Assembly (NCBI GenBank): GCA_951406725.2
Contig: OX597821.1
Span: 51,212,001 to 51,276,000, forward strand
From: Octopus vulgaris
Taxonomy: Eukaryota
Length of the DNA: 64,000 bases
Direction of reading: 5' to 3'
Under the pieces are notes generated by a model. That model made no database searches, had not been told where the DNA came from, and saw nothing but the letters and a program-made list of their open reading frames with translations. Position 1 is the stretch's first letter, and every line of letters starts with the position of its first letter. This document shows positions 1-13,137 of the stretch, piece by piece. Made by a program: the position numbers and the translations under genes.

Positions 1-87
1 TTAGAATGCTAAAGATTTTGTGAATATTAGCTAAATTGAGGATAATATGCACTGAATTAACTTCTTTGGAAATAATCATTTGTAGGT

Positions 88-290
88 CGAATCGTTAGCA
101 CGCCGGGTAAAATGCTTATCGGCATTTCGTCTCTCTTTACTTTCTGAGTTGAAATTCTGCCGAGGTCGACATGTCCTTGCATCTTTTCAGGGCTGATAAA
201 AGAAGTACCAGTTGAGCACTGGTATCAATGTAATCGACTTACCACCTGCATTCGAAATTGCTGGTCTTGTGTCAAAATTTGAAATCGATA
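88..290 (+). mobile_element. tRNA-derived SINE, family A (degenerate copy)
   Basis: Aligns by eye to 60622-60854: gaatcgttagcacgccggg, B-box-like gagttgaaattc, gataaaagaagtaccagttgagcactgg, gtaatcgact. Confidence 0.75.
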
Positions 291-781
291 ATTATTTGTA
301 GACCGAAATTATTGAAGGTATCCATTGGTTCATTTATTGCTGGCAAATTATAGATCAGTGGCGAAGAGGAATAGAGAAATATTACATGTGTGTATGCTTG
401 TGTTTGCGTGTGTTTCTGTAGGTGTGAGACGTGTATGTATGTGTTTATGTCTGAGTGTAGGCGAGAACATGCATGCGTCCATTTTTTCCCAGTACAAACT
501 AAAAAATTCGACAATGTAAAAAAGTAAAAAAAACAAAATGACTCACAAACAGCGCGCGCATACATAAGTATATTCTTAAATATTTGACTGGATGTGTACA
601 TTAATGTGTGATACAGATCGTCTCATGTTTTGTCTATCCTCGAATCGTCCCCTCTTTTTCTCAACCTCATGGTTAATAACGAAATTGACTGTGACAGAGA
701 AAGAGGGAGATAAATAGATAGATAGAGAGAGAGAGGTAGAATGATAGAAACGAGGAAAAAATTAAAAAGAGAGAAGAGAAT

Positions 782-782
782 G

Positions 783-822
<40 letters not shown>

Positions 823-829
823 GTCTGTA

Positions 830-862
<33 letters not shown>

Positions 863-1067
863 GTCAATCTATCTGTCAATCTATCTGTCTATCTATCTGT
901 CTATCTATCTGTCTATCTATCTATCTATCTATCTGTCTATCTATCTGTCTATCTATCTGTCTATCTATCTGTCTATCTATCTGTCTATCTATCTGTCTAT
1001 CTATCTATCTATCTATCTGTCTATCTATCTGTCTATCTATCTGTCTATCTATCTGTCTATCTATCTG

Positions 1068-1126
<59 letters not shown>
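782..1126. repeat. (TATC)n/(TGTC)n microsatellite, left flank of LINE
   Basis: Visible tetranucleotide repeat; produces the spurious IYLS N-terminus of ORF 741..1685. Confidence 0.95.
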
Positions 1127-2068
1127 GACCCGCCTGTTTCAAACGACTTTCGGCCCGGGACCTATGGACAACTTCCAGAGATCCCTGGCCTGGCGGTGCT
1201 ACCGAGAAGCGCTACCCGTTCGGGATAAGCTCTATAGGCATGGCTCGAGAAACACGGGGCCGACCTGCCCGAGATGCGGGCAGGGCGACGAAACCGCTCT
1301 GCACGCAATCGTGCAGTGTCCAGCAATTTCCGACCTGTGGGCTTATGTCGAACGACTGCTGTCACGTGTGGGACGTGTCGGTTTATCAGCCGAGTCTATC
1401 GTTAATATCGTCACGCCTCCTTCCTTCAAACGGGAAGGAAGAGCTATTTTTATCATACTTGTGGCTATGGCGAAAGAATGTATCTGGTGGACGCGCCTGA
1501 AAGGATTAGAGACAAACACTTTCCTCTCTGGTCAATCTCTCATCAACTTCTTCAAGTATCACTTGAAGAGGAAAGTGAGAGTAGAGAGGCAAGTTTTGTC
1601 TAGTGAATGTTTTAAAAAAAGATGGGTGAATGTAGCAAGGATGGCACGTATGAATGACGAAGCCACCTTGACTATGATTCTATGAACCATAAAAATTAAT
1701 ACAGAGAGTTGCTTATTTGCAAAAAAAAAAAAAAGAAATATAACATGTGACTTCACTGACCGAGGTTACCGTGGTCTTTTCCGTAGGCTTTTCTTTCCAC
1801 GGGTAAACCTCACCTGTTCTCCCCCTTTACACTTCATATTGACATTTCTGTGATAACGATCCCTATTGAAAAATAATTTGCTCTGCCCCCACCTTTTTTT
1901 TTTTTTTTTTTGTTATTAACCCCTCCCCTTTTTTTTGTCCTCTGTCTTTCCTTTTACGATCCCTTTTGATCGAAAACCACCACTCCCTTTTTTTTACCCC
2001 CAAAAGAAAAGCTCTACCTTGTAATTTGTTCTATCTGTGTGCAGCCCTGTGTGGCTAATAAAGAAACA
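1127..2068 (+). mobile_element. 5'-truncated L1/Tx1-clade LINE: C-terminal zinc-binding (zf-RVT-like) region plus 3' UTR
   Basis: Open frame 1127-1685 reads W-R-C-Y-REALPVRDKLYRHG...CPRCGQGDETALHAIVQCP...LW, the CxxC...ET..H...C..W motif of L1/Tx1 ORF2. Pyrimidine-rich UTR ends in AATAAAGAAACA at 2057-2068. Confidence 0.85.
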
Positions 2069-2138
2069 TATCTATCTATCTATCTGTTTATCTATCTATC
2101 TATCTGTCTATCTGTCTATCTATCTGTCTATCTATCTA

Positions 2139-2169
<31 letters not shown>

Positions 2170-2170
2170 G

Positions 2171-2218
<48 letters not shown>
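2069..2218. repeat. (TATC)n microsatellite, right flank of LINE
   Basis: Same repeat unit as 782-1126. Confidence 0.95.
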
Positions 2219-2495
2219 CACACTCAGACACACACTTTCACAGACACACACAGGCACACACATTGAGAAAGCAAGAAAGTAAGAGAGGTACAACGTAGCC
2301 AGATAGATAAGCAGGGAGTAAAGAGTGTTGAGTTCTCGACGTGTCACATTCCAATATATTTGACCTAACAGCTTAGCACGAATTCATGATTATTTATAAC
2401 ATGGACGAAACTACAATTATATCATTGTCCCGCAATGTGTACAAGCGTGTGTATACGTATTTAATGCTGTACAGAATATACACCCATACACGTAA

Positions 2496-2552
<57 letters not shown>

Positions 2553-2557
2553 TACAC

Positions 2558-2606
<49 letters not shown>

Positions 2607-2614
2607 ATAAAATT

Positions 2615-2980
2615 TTACTGGTTTCTGTCACGAAATTACAGCCATGCTGGAGCATTTGAAGAACTTCAGTGGAATGAATCGATTGCAGTACTTATTTTTT
2701 TAACCCAGGCACTTATTCTATCGGTTCTCTTTTGCCGAACTGCTATGTTACGTGAACATAAGCTCACCAACACCAGTTGTCAAGCGGTGGCGGGGGGACA
2801 AACACACACATACGTCTGTATCATAAAACGGCCTGGTTTCGGTTTTCGTCTACCAAATTCATTCACAAGGCTTTGGTTGGCTTGAGGCTATATTAGAAGA
2901 AAGTTCAAGTACCACTCAATGGGACTGAACCTGGCACCCTGTGGTTGCGAAGCAAGCTTTTTACCGCACAGGCACGCCTG
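2615..2980 (-). mobile_element. tRNA-derived SINE, family B
   Basis: Reverse complement matches 32016-32425 (head gggttcagtccc, aaagccttgtga, gaccgatagaataagt, ctccagcatggc). Confidence 0.8.
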
Positions 2981-3642
2981 AGTGTATATATAGATATGTA
3001 TTTGATTAGATTTTCCTGTTCGTGAAACAAATAATATTCAAAGTTTTTAGCTGTGTATGTATATAATTTTCTTGAATAGTGAATGTATTGGATTTTTTCA
3101 AACATTGACATCAGTAAGAAATTATTTAGAATAATATGAGCTATAATAATGACACGAAATAAAACAGAGTGAAGGAAAGTCGGAGGCGTTTTAATATTTA
3201 TACAGAAAGTGTACACGCTCGTCAATCATTTATAGAGTCTCAGAGACTAGTGAGTGGGAGGCAAGTATGGAAGATATCTTCAGATTGGAAACGTGTCCAG
3301 AATACTTCTCATAAAGCCGACTCCGTTAAACATTCCTATTTGCCAGGTGATAGCGTTATCTCCGTGAAGGATTATATGTAAGAACCAAATTAAATTCATC
3401 ACCAAAACATGGTGTTCGGATGTAAATTCACATTAAAAGTTATGGGTTCATATTTCATGAAACTTAAACAATAAATTTAAAAATGACTTCATCTGTATCC
3501 TACAAACATTTCCAAGCTATTATACTTAACCGAATACTTATTTCTAAAATGTGCACTCTACAAATGTATGAAGAGTAACTCATCAGATTAATGTAAAATT
3601 GTTATGACTGAGCATAAAAACAAACATTAATATCGATCTACC

Positions 3643-3728
<86 letters not shown>

Positions 3729-4559
3729 CCTTTACAATGACTACTGAGATTAGTACATCGGCATATTTATTTTCTTTCTACAGTCAATTATTGAGCATGT
3801 TTGATTTAAATGTATCCGACGCATGTTTCTGCTACATAGACAACTTGAATCCAATTAATTTCGACAGTTATTAATCTATGCAACTTTATTCAAAGTTGAT
3901 CCACGAACGTGATCTCAAGCGATCTAAGTGTATGAATGTTTAGCTAGCATTGCAAGGAAGATTTGGAAAGTTGATACGGCCATAAAAAACGCTATAAGTT
4001 TGACCCTATACTGATCCTAGATTTGAATTTCGAATTGAGAATATTAGACAGGTAAAAAGTCAACGTATATATATTTAGAACACATTAGCCTTAAGTGGAT
4101 TAGGAATTAGTGAGTATTCGGATATATGAGATATGTAGAACTTACTAGAGAGGCCAATTCTATTTTTCCGTTTGAATAAATCAAGTTTTAATTTACATGT
4201 AGATTTTTCTTCCCATATGAGTTGCAAAGATTTTCAAATATGTAGTTTTATGTAGGGAGAATACTGATTATTACTTGATAGAGGCAAACTAGCTATTACA
4301 CTGACCGTTTAAACTCAGGTATCTCCTAACTATGTGGTGCATACTTACTTAAAAATCCTTTCTATGGAAGTATTTGAATGCCCTTCTGTAAAGGTGAGAA
4401 TATCTTAGGGTCTGTTCTTGCCTAACATTAAGCAATTAGTGTTTAGTTGTGAAAATATGGAATATTTCTTCTATGCACACATCGCATCTTTTCCGCCTGA
4501 TTAAGGAATTTTCGCTACTAAGAACAAAGCTTCATAGATAGTTGGAGAAATGATTTGCT

Positions 4560-4960
4560 TGTTATAATGGTACTACGTTAGTCTTATTTACAACAGATGT
4601 GTTCGGGTGCTACGAACAACCTTCAACTTTTTCCATGAAAAGGAGATTCATAGCTCAATATTTGCTCGCAAGATAAGGGAAAATATTGTACGTGTGTATG
4701 TATGTATTCTCTTTTTCTCTCTGTAAATGGAGAGAGAGAGAGAGAGAGAGATAAAGAGATACATACACACATACATACATGCATATACATTCATGCATAT
4801 ACATACATATAACATTTTCCCTTATAGTATGCAGGATAGTTAAATCTGGCTTGCAAATATTGGGTTATGGACCTTCTTTTCATGGAAAAAGTTGAAGGTT
4901 CTTCGTAGGACTTGAATACACATTTGTTGTTGGCATGACAGATATCTTGCCATTATAACA
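4560..4960. repeat. Diverged inverted repeat around a (GA)n/(TACA)n core
   Basis: tgttataatgg...accttcaactttttccatgaaaag...aatatttgc...ataagggaaaat (about 4560-4690) is mirrored by attttcccttat...gcaaatatt...cttttcatggaaaaagttgaaggt...ccattataaca (about 4812-4960). Confidence 0.8.
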
Positions 4961-4975
4961 ATCCAATTAGCGAAC

Positions 4976-5013
<38 letters not shown>

Positions 5014-5547
5014 GAGAGAGGAGAGAATGCCAGATAGATAGATCGATAGACAGATATATATATATATAGCAATTTCATTACATTTCACACAAGACAAGTT
5101 GTCCACACATGATATATCAATGAAGAAAGTTTTGGATAAAAGGTTAAATGGTATGTTAATTATTTTTGGCGGTCAGTGCGAACAAGAAGGATGTCTAATA
5201 GAAAGTATATTGACGAATTGATTTGCTGGGTTATTATAACCCAGTAAACTAATATTCTAAGCAAGGAAAAGGCGTTATCATCGCAATGGTGTCACGAGGC
5301 GAAAAAGTTAGCCTGGAGTAAAGTAAGAGAGAAATACGACAAACTTAGGAAATGTAAACAATTTTGACTCCTCTACTCTATATGCAAGGAACGTCTACAA
5401 CACACGCTACTTAAAATACTGAATACGAATAATAGCCCTGTTAACATTTTTTTCAAATTTGTTCTTTGATTCGCCATCTCAGAACAGCTTGATCACTGTC
5501 AAACATAAACCAATATCTAGACACAAAGACGCGCACATACACGCACG

Positions 5548-5626
<79 letters not shown>

Positions 5627-5772
5627 ACACACACACACACGTGCACAATTACTCACACACACATATACGCAAACACAACACGCTTACTCACGCGCGCATA
5701 ACATGAGGTTATATATGTGCATGTGCGTATATATGTGCATGCATTTGTGTGTGGATACATATATATATATAT

Positions 5773-6135
5773 ATATTTATCAAAAGAAAAACAGGATGCA
5801 AAGGATTTAGCGGTACATATGTTTCTGGCTTTATTAGACAATTTATATCAATGCATAATTGATGTAATATGTATGTCAATAGCCTACTTCAGCCGCGCAC
5901 GATTACCACACCAAAGACGTATTACATTATAAGACATGTATTACATTATAAGTTTGACATACATATTACATAAATTATGCATTGATAAAAGCTGTCTAAT
6001 AAAGCCAGAAACATATGTACCGCTAAGTCCTTTGCATCCTGTTTTGCTTTTGATAAATATACCCTACCACCTACACCACTAACTGGCGTATACAGGTGCT
6101 TACTGTTATCAAGTATTCACCCTGAATTTTCTGTG
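5773..6135. mobile_element. (TA)n-flanked fold-back element with degenerate HHR-like motif (probable Penelope pseudo-LTR)
   Basis: 107-bp inverted arms 5773-5879 and 5954-6060; motif TTGATAA...GAAAC-ATAT-GTA at 5982-6019. Confidence 0.6.
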
Positions 6136-6149
6136 TATATATATATATA

Positions 6150-6267
6150 TTTATAGGGAGAATTCACAAAAGAAAACAAAAGACGAAGACAAGCGGTGTA
6201 GACAAGCAACAGATGTATTAGTTTAACGGTCGGGAAGTGAAAAAGTCTTTAACGTTTCGAGCCTATA
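6150..6267 (-). mobile_element. GAGC-stem HHR-like short element, 5'-truncated copy
   Basis: Reverse complement reads ggctcgaaacgttaaagac...taatacatctg...gtcttcgtcttttg, matching 11018-11130; (TA)n on both sides. Confidence 0.7.
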
Positions 6268-6426
6268 GATATATATGTATATATACACATATATGCACTC
6301 AAACATATACGCATATATACATAAATATTCTGTGTCCTTACTTTTATATCCACATTTATATATACCCACACACACACTCACATATGAATACACACACACA
6401 GACTTATATGTATGTATGTATGTATG

Positions 6427-6460
<34 letters not shown>

Positions 6461-8629
6461 TGTATGTATGTATGTATGTATGTATGTATGTATGCGTGTA
6501 TGTATGTACGTATGTAGATATAGTTAAGGAAAGGTTTTATGTATATATGTATGTATGTAGGTATAATTGAGGAAACACTAAACGAACTATTGGAGTCTTT
6601 CAAGCATGTATTTCTAGTTCAGCTGCTAAATAATTTTAGATATATTTCTTCTCGTGGTAACACAGAACTTAGTACTCCAAATATTAAATTACATTTTTAT
6701 ATGGAGTTTTTATGTTCTTTGCTATTAAAACGACATGTGGTCTCCTTATAAATCGTATCATCTATTTATCTGTATTGTATCTTCTATTTATTCTTGAGCT
6801 GGTACTACCGATTTCTCGCTGATATTTCCACCCGGCAGTAACAATGACTCTTCAAATTCTTTGTCCAGAAGGGCACGACTTCGTTTATGCTGACTGTAGA
6901 TAGATTTATGTTTGTCTTGGTCAAATGTGGAGCGAAACATTGAAAAGTTTTGCGTCACTGGGATGCGAAATGATGAAAGAAGAGTTGTTTCCCATGGAAT
7001 GGCTTCAGCTACGAGCAAGCGCGTAATCTTTGTGCGCATTAAGCCGTGGCGCAGGCAACTGATCTAGGAGGTGGAGAATTCTTATATAAAAGCATGAGGA
7101 ATTTTTTTTTTATTGAGTTTAAGGCAACTTTTTCATCAGGCCTTTACTATTAGCATTTCCAGGAATGTGTGGTAGGCTCTACACAAGCGTGCCAACAGGT
7201 TTCGAGGTCTGAAGATACGCTGTAACGCTAAACGCTTTATGGACATGAAACCCACGGTATCCTATCGACCGGCCTTATCTATCCCTCTCTCTCTATGATG
7301 CCTTTTTGTTTTCTTTTTAAATTTTACGATTGTTTAATTCCTCTTTACTTTCCTTTCGCCAAAGCTTACCTTTTTTCAAGTACGGAGAGATCAATATATA
7401 TGCATACATTCACATATACATACTACCTACAATCATCTTGCACACACACACAAAACACACACATACACACGCACAAATGCTTTAGATGAGAGAATTTATT
7501 GTAGCTCATAAGACAGGGTATGTCCAAGTGATATATTTATCTATTTTACGCAGTTACATACATATTTTATCCATATTTTGACTCTGAAATTTAGGTCGAG
7601 GAAACATCATGTTCTTGTAGTTGTTGTTGTTGGTGGTAGTGATTGTGGTGGTGGTGGTGGTGGTGGTGGTTGTGGTTGTGTTCGTAGTGGTGGTGCTGAT
7701 GGTTAACCTCGGATCAAACCGAAACCTAAGATTATGATTTAATGAGTTCCACTTTTAGGTGATCCCCCCCACTCATTCTTGCAGATATCGAATATTTAGT
7801 ACTGAATTTTTCACTATTATATTCTGTTTTAAAGTTGATAGAATATTATTCGACGGAGAACGGGCTATTATTTCTCGCAACTTAGGCAACCGCATAGAAC
7901 CTCTCTCGTTGTCTGGATAATTACCATGTTTAGTATTGTACATGTTTTTCTTCTTTGGCACAGACCGTACATTGCCTTAGTACATTATGAATGAATTCAT
8001 ATATTGTTTTATGTACACGTATATTGCTTTAACGTGCGTAATAAAGTATAGTATATACATTGCTTAATATATATTGTACATACATTCATTGCCTTAGTAT
8101 GTAAAATTATTACTTTTACATCTGCCTAAATATCTATTATGTATATATGATTGCTCTGTGAGATATATATGACACATTATTTACAAACGTCATCTGTAAG
8201 GAAAAACAGTTCTGATCTTATAGAAACATCACATAGTTATGGCGAATATATCTGACTGTACAGTAATATTGTTTGTGTGTTACTAAGTGGAACATTTTAT
8301 TGCACGTCCATTTAAACCCAAAGAAGAAAAGCAGAGGAAACCCCAGAGAGAACCAACATTCCCTGTAGCTTCCTTTATAGTTTTCTTTTATTTTCTATGT
8401 TTTTGTCTTTTACTTTTTTCAGTCATTGAACTGCAACCATAATGGTATACAGCCTTGAAATAATTTAGTCGAACGAATCGATCTTCATTTTTTAAAGCGT
8501 GGTACTTATTCCATCTGGCTCTTTTGCGGGACCGCAAATTTATGGGAACATAAACGACAGCGTAACGGTTGTGAAGCAGCGGTGGGGGAGAAATGTAGAT
8601 ATAGAAATGCGCACGCGCGCACAAAATCA

Positions 8630-8687
<58 letters not shown>

Positions 8688-10507
8688 TACATACACACAA
8701 ACACACGCACACACGCACATGCACACATGTATCTGTGCATGTATATGCGATGGGTTTATTTCTGTCCGAAGACACCTGCTCAAACTGTGAAACACTGGGA
8801 AACTGAACTCGGAATCATGTGATTGGGAAGAAAACTTCTTACCACACATCCACGCATAATTCTATATTAATGATATTTCATCGTAAATTTCCTCTTGATA
8901 TACCGTATAGCCGATCCCAATGCAATTTGAAATCAGTGGTGTCAAACGCAAAACTTACACGATATAAAACACCTCGTGTCTCTTTCCTTTGTCTCATTCA
9001 GCGGTCTCCAATTATTGCCGTCATAATATGCATGTATGACGACATGCAAGTTGTATTTGATCTGTATTGATCTAGACACCTTCTTCTAACAAATATCCAC
9101 GACTGAATACTTAATTCTTCCCAAAACAGAAATATGACGCAAGTCTTCAGCGATACGTGTATGCGTTTCGTCTCTGCGCTATAGGATGGAATGGAATTGA
9201 TAAAACTATAATCAATCTTAATTGGATATATGATGCGCACACGCGTGTATGTGCGCGCGCATGTGTTCGTGTGTGTTTTCATGATTCATTCATATTGTAC
9301 TTCGTAAAGAAATCAAAAGTTTCTTTTATGTTTGATAAGATTATGCAGCAATACTGTTATGAAATGTAATTAGCCAAATTTGCGTGCACACCATGTTTAG
9401 ATATTTTTATGTCCATCTATTATTAGAGTGATTGCTGTCCTCTAAGAGAAGGACGAACAAACTGAGATGGAAAGAAAATAACAAGAACAAACACAAGAAC
9501 AGCTGCAACAACCAGATCAATCACAATAACGATAATATAAATAATGATGAAACCGATAATAATATTAATGATCACAATGAAGTCAACAGAAATGATAATA
9601 ATTTCATCATTAGTCTTTGCAATGACGAGCGGTATGAAGTTACTGATGGTCTCGTGATTATAGTTTAGTAATGTTTTAATTTTTCTGCAACCTATCTGAT
9701 GGAGTGATATCACTTGTCTCTTGGCTGTAGAGTGACAGTAGATGTTCTTCGGTGACACAGCGAACCATACATAAAACATAATACATACATAATAGCCTAG
9801 TACATAAAACATAATATATACATAATAGCCTAGGACGATCAAAATCCACTCTTCGCTTCATATTGATTCAGTCATAATATGTTACTCTAGCTCCTCAGGT
9901 TAATCGATACGATATGGCTGAGCTAGAAGCGGGAAGTTTGTGCACATGAGCCTTTCAAGGTTTCTGAAACTTTTGGGACAAAAAGAGTAAATTATCGTTT
10001 GAATGGATAGCTTGGTCAAATATTCGTGAGGGAGTGGACTCCGCTAAGAAAAAAATGGATGAGAAAAGGATTTTAAAAAATCGTTGATATAATAGTTTAA
10101 CCTCACTTTATACGTCAACAGTATGATGGGTTTAACCCCATCATTCTACTCAGTTTTAAGAATATGGATGTTAAGGAGCATCTATAACTAATGATTAAGA
10201 AGTCTCTATGACTAGATAACAAAGAATAAAACATATTAATGAACTAATTCTAACTTCAGAGTTCCGCATTCAAAGCAATGCGATCATATTTATTTCCACT
10301 TAAATGTGGATATTCTGTTAGCACAAATTTTAGTGTGGTAGATACTGTGAGAGAAACTCTCGTAGAGTTTTTTGTTGCAAAATGAACGCTTGCTTATATT
10401 GGTGGGGATTTATCTCCTTGCGAGCAATATAAACAACTGAGCATTTCCCACAAAAAGGCTGATCTGAGAGTTCCTCTCATTATTTCTACAGCGCTAAAGG
10501 TTCTTCA

Positions 10508-10616
10508 AGTACTAGGCTTACAAAAAATAAGTCCTGGGGTCGGTTTGCTCGACTAAAGGTGGTGCTCCAGCATGGCCACAGTCAAATGACAGAAACAAGT
10601 AAAAGAGTAAAGAGTA
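10508..10616 (+). mobile_element. SINE family B, 3' part
   Basis: agtactaggcttacaaaaaataagtcctggggtcg...ctccagcatggccacagtcaaatgacagaaacaagtaaaagag, as in 32316-32424. Confidence 0.8.
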
Positions 10617-10802
10617 AGTTAATGAGTAGAAACTTTATTGGTGAGTGTGTTAAATAATAAGGCACTAAAAGATAATGACTCTCACCACACACAACAATAT
10701 ATACACCAAATAATTGTCACGTATTACATTTACAGATAAATTCCTCTATTTACATAATATCGAGGTCTCTTTCATCCCTTTGTTGTCTTACAATTTTTTT
10801 AT

Positions 10803-10860
<58 letters not shown>

Positions 10861-10863
<3 letters not shown>

Positions 10864-11130
10864 TACTACTTTGTTATCTCCCCTACTTCTAAGCTCTCCT
10901 ATGTGCCCCTTCTGTCCAACATTCGCCATGATAGACCGCTAGCCACTACACACATTTTTTCTCTCTCCTTGTTTCTCTCCGTATTTCTTTCTGTGTTCAT
11001 TTCTGTGGAAGAGCGTATGCTCGAAACGTTAATGACTTTTTTCAGTTCCCGAGCGTTATACTAATACATCTGTTTGTTCTCTACACCACCTGTCTTCGTC
11101 ATTTGTTTTTTTTTTCGTGAATTCTCTCCC
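10861..11130 (+). mobile_element. GAGC-stem HHR-like short element in (TA)n
   Basis: Core CTGTGGA-A-GAGC-GTAT-GCTC-GAAAC-GTT at 11003-11030; homologous to 37069-37280, 48467-48660 and 54696-54882. Confidence 0.75.
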
Positions 11131-11168
11131 TATACACATACATATATGCATAAATACATACATACATT

Positions 11169-11245
<77 letters not shown>

Positions 11246-11884
11246 CATACATACATGCATACATGCATACACACAGATAAATTAGCAAGCGCATTTTGTT
11301 TAGGTGAATCTGCGTAGGTCTATTTTCAAAATCATTCCCGTCGTGCTATCTCCTTTTTTTATGAAACGAGCAACCAAACTTTTAACCTCCTGTAAGACAA
11401 GAGATTGTCATGTTACAAACGTTGGGCAGCTAAGTCAACTACCTTTATGTGAATTTATATTGTTATTTGAGAGGTGAATATCATGATATATAATAAAAAG
11501 AAAGCAACGCAATGTGTTAATCTCTTCAGTTTACTCTGTCTGTTGTGTATATTAATATATATATATTCATGCAGCACACAAGAATTGCGCAACTGAACTA
11601 GATATAGAAAAATAAAAGAGAATTCGGCAGTTTGCCAGCACAAGAAACATGTGACATATTCAAACAAATACTGATATATTTTGTGATATATTTTGATATT
11701 AACGTAAGGTTTTACCCGTAGAAATAATTGCAAACTTGGCTGACGTTCTTTTTTTTGTTGTTTTTGTTTTTTGCAAGTCAGTTGTATAAAGACTTCTTTT
11801 TGTAGTAACCCGTTATTGATGTATGTTTTTCTATTACTGTGAACCACAAGTATAATATCATATCTTTAAGTAACCTGATTTGTA

Positions 11885-12240
11885 AGAGGGGCAGAAAAAG
11901 CGTCTCAAAGACACACTCGGAGCCTCACTAAAGTGCTTTCAGATCAACGCCGACACCTGAGAAATGCAAGCACAGAACTGCCCTTCCAAGTTAAGACGCA
12001 CCAACAAAGGTACCACCGTGTATGAAAAGAACAGGATCGTAGGAGTACAAAGAAATGGTGAGCTGCGATGGTCCAGAGACAGCTGCTTGCCTTCATTCCC
12101 AGCAGACCGTCAGTGTCCAACGTGCGGAAGAATCTTCTGAATACGCATCGGCCTGATCAACCACAGCCGGACGCACTGTCACCCTTCTTTTCTCATATGA
12201 TGTCTCTGGTCATCGTAGACAACGACGGACAACCATTATT
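11885..12240 (+). mobile_element. RTE-clade LINE 3' fragment (decayed)
   Basis: Translates, with stops and a frameshift, GQKKRLKDTLGASLKCFQINADT*E...YEKNR...CPTCGRIF*IRIGLINHSRTH, the RTE C-terminus with a CxxC..H..H finger; 3' UTR gtcatcgtagacaacgacggac. Confidence 0.8.
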
Positions 12241-12359
12241 ACTTATATAACCAACACTCTATCAAGTCATCACAACAAAATGAAGTCCCGTTTCGAGTTC
12301 TCTGTTTGATAGGGCTAGTTACCCGGTATCTATGGCGTATTCTGGCATTCCGTCGGCTA

Positions 12360-12750
12360 CGACGACGACTATTCCAGTTGGTCCGATCGGCGGAACAGCT
12401 TGATCGCGGAATTAACGTGCAAGTGGCAGAGTACTCCACAGACACGCGTACTCTTCCCGCAAGTTCTCGGGTTATCAGGGAGATTCAGCGTGGCACACAG
12501 TGTAACTAGGCTTGCCCTTTGAAATACAGGTACAACTCATTTTTTACAGTTGAGTAGACTAGAGGAAATTGAAATAAAATGACCGAGATCTCAACATCTA
12601 CGTTGAACGGGACGCTAGTCCATCGCAGAGTTATACATATATACAAGAGACTGGAGGAAATTGTAATGAAATGTTTTGCCCAAAAGCACAACACACTAGC
12701 CGGTCCGGAAATCAAACCACGATCGCTGCTAGACCATGTGCCTTCACTAT
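12360..12750 (-). mobile_element. SINE family C
   Basis: Homologous to 53505-53815 (aattaacgtgcaagtggcagagtactccacagacac...ccctttgaaatacaggtac). Confidence 0.75.
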
Positions 12751-13137
12751 TGCACAAAAGACTATTTAAATGCTATCATCTGTTCGATGACCCGAAAATA
12801 TATTAAATTTTGAAAAAAAAAACTAGAATAGGTCTCAGGTATCCAGAGAACGCTTTTGCCAAGCACATGTAAAACAAGTATACTGAGTTGAAAGCCGTAA
12901 ATATCTTGGTGAAAATTACTTCTCTGAATTCATGATGATCGTAATTGGTAATTCGTAATTGGTAATAGCACTATTCAAATTCAGATTTATGACAAAATGA
13001 TCATGCTATATAATATTTCGAGTAATTACACTACACAATAAAACACGAAACAACGTAGGAAACGTGAACGGCTAGAAATTGATGTTCTCTGAAACAAGAG
13101 GGACTTCTTCGATAAATGAGGCTGCATTAGGGTTGAA

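Noticed and set aside
741-1126. N-terminal half of the 314-aa ORF (IYLS repeats) as a real protein
   Set aside because: It is translation of (TATC)n that happens to be in frame with the LINE fragment.
9767-9833. 33-bp tandem duplication
   Set aside because: Simple local slippage duplication with no further structure.
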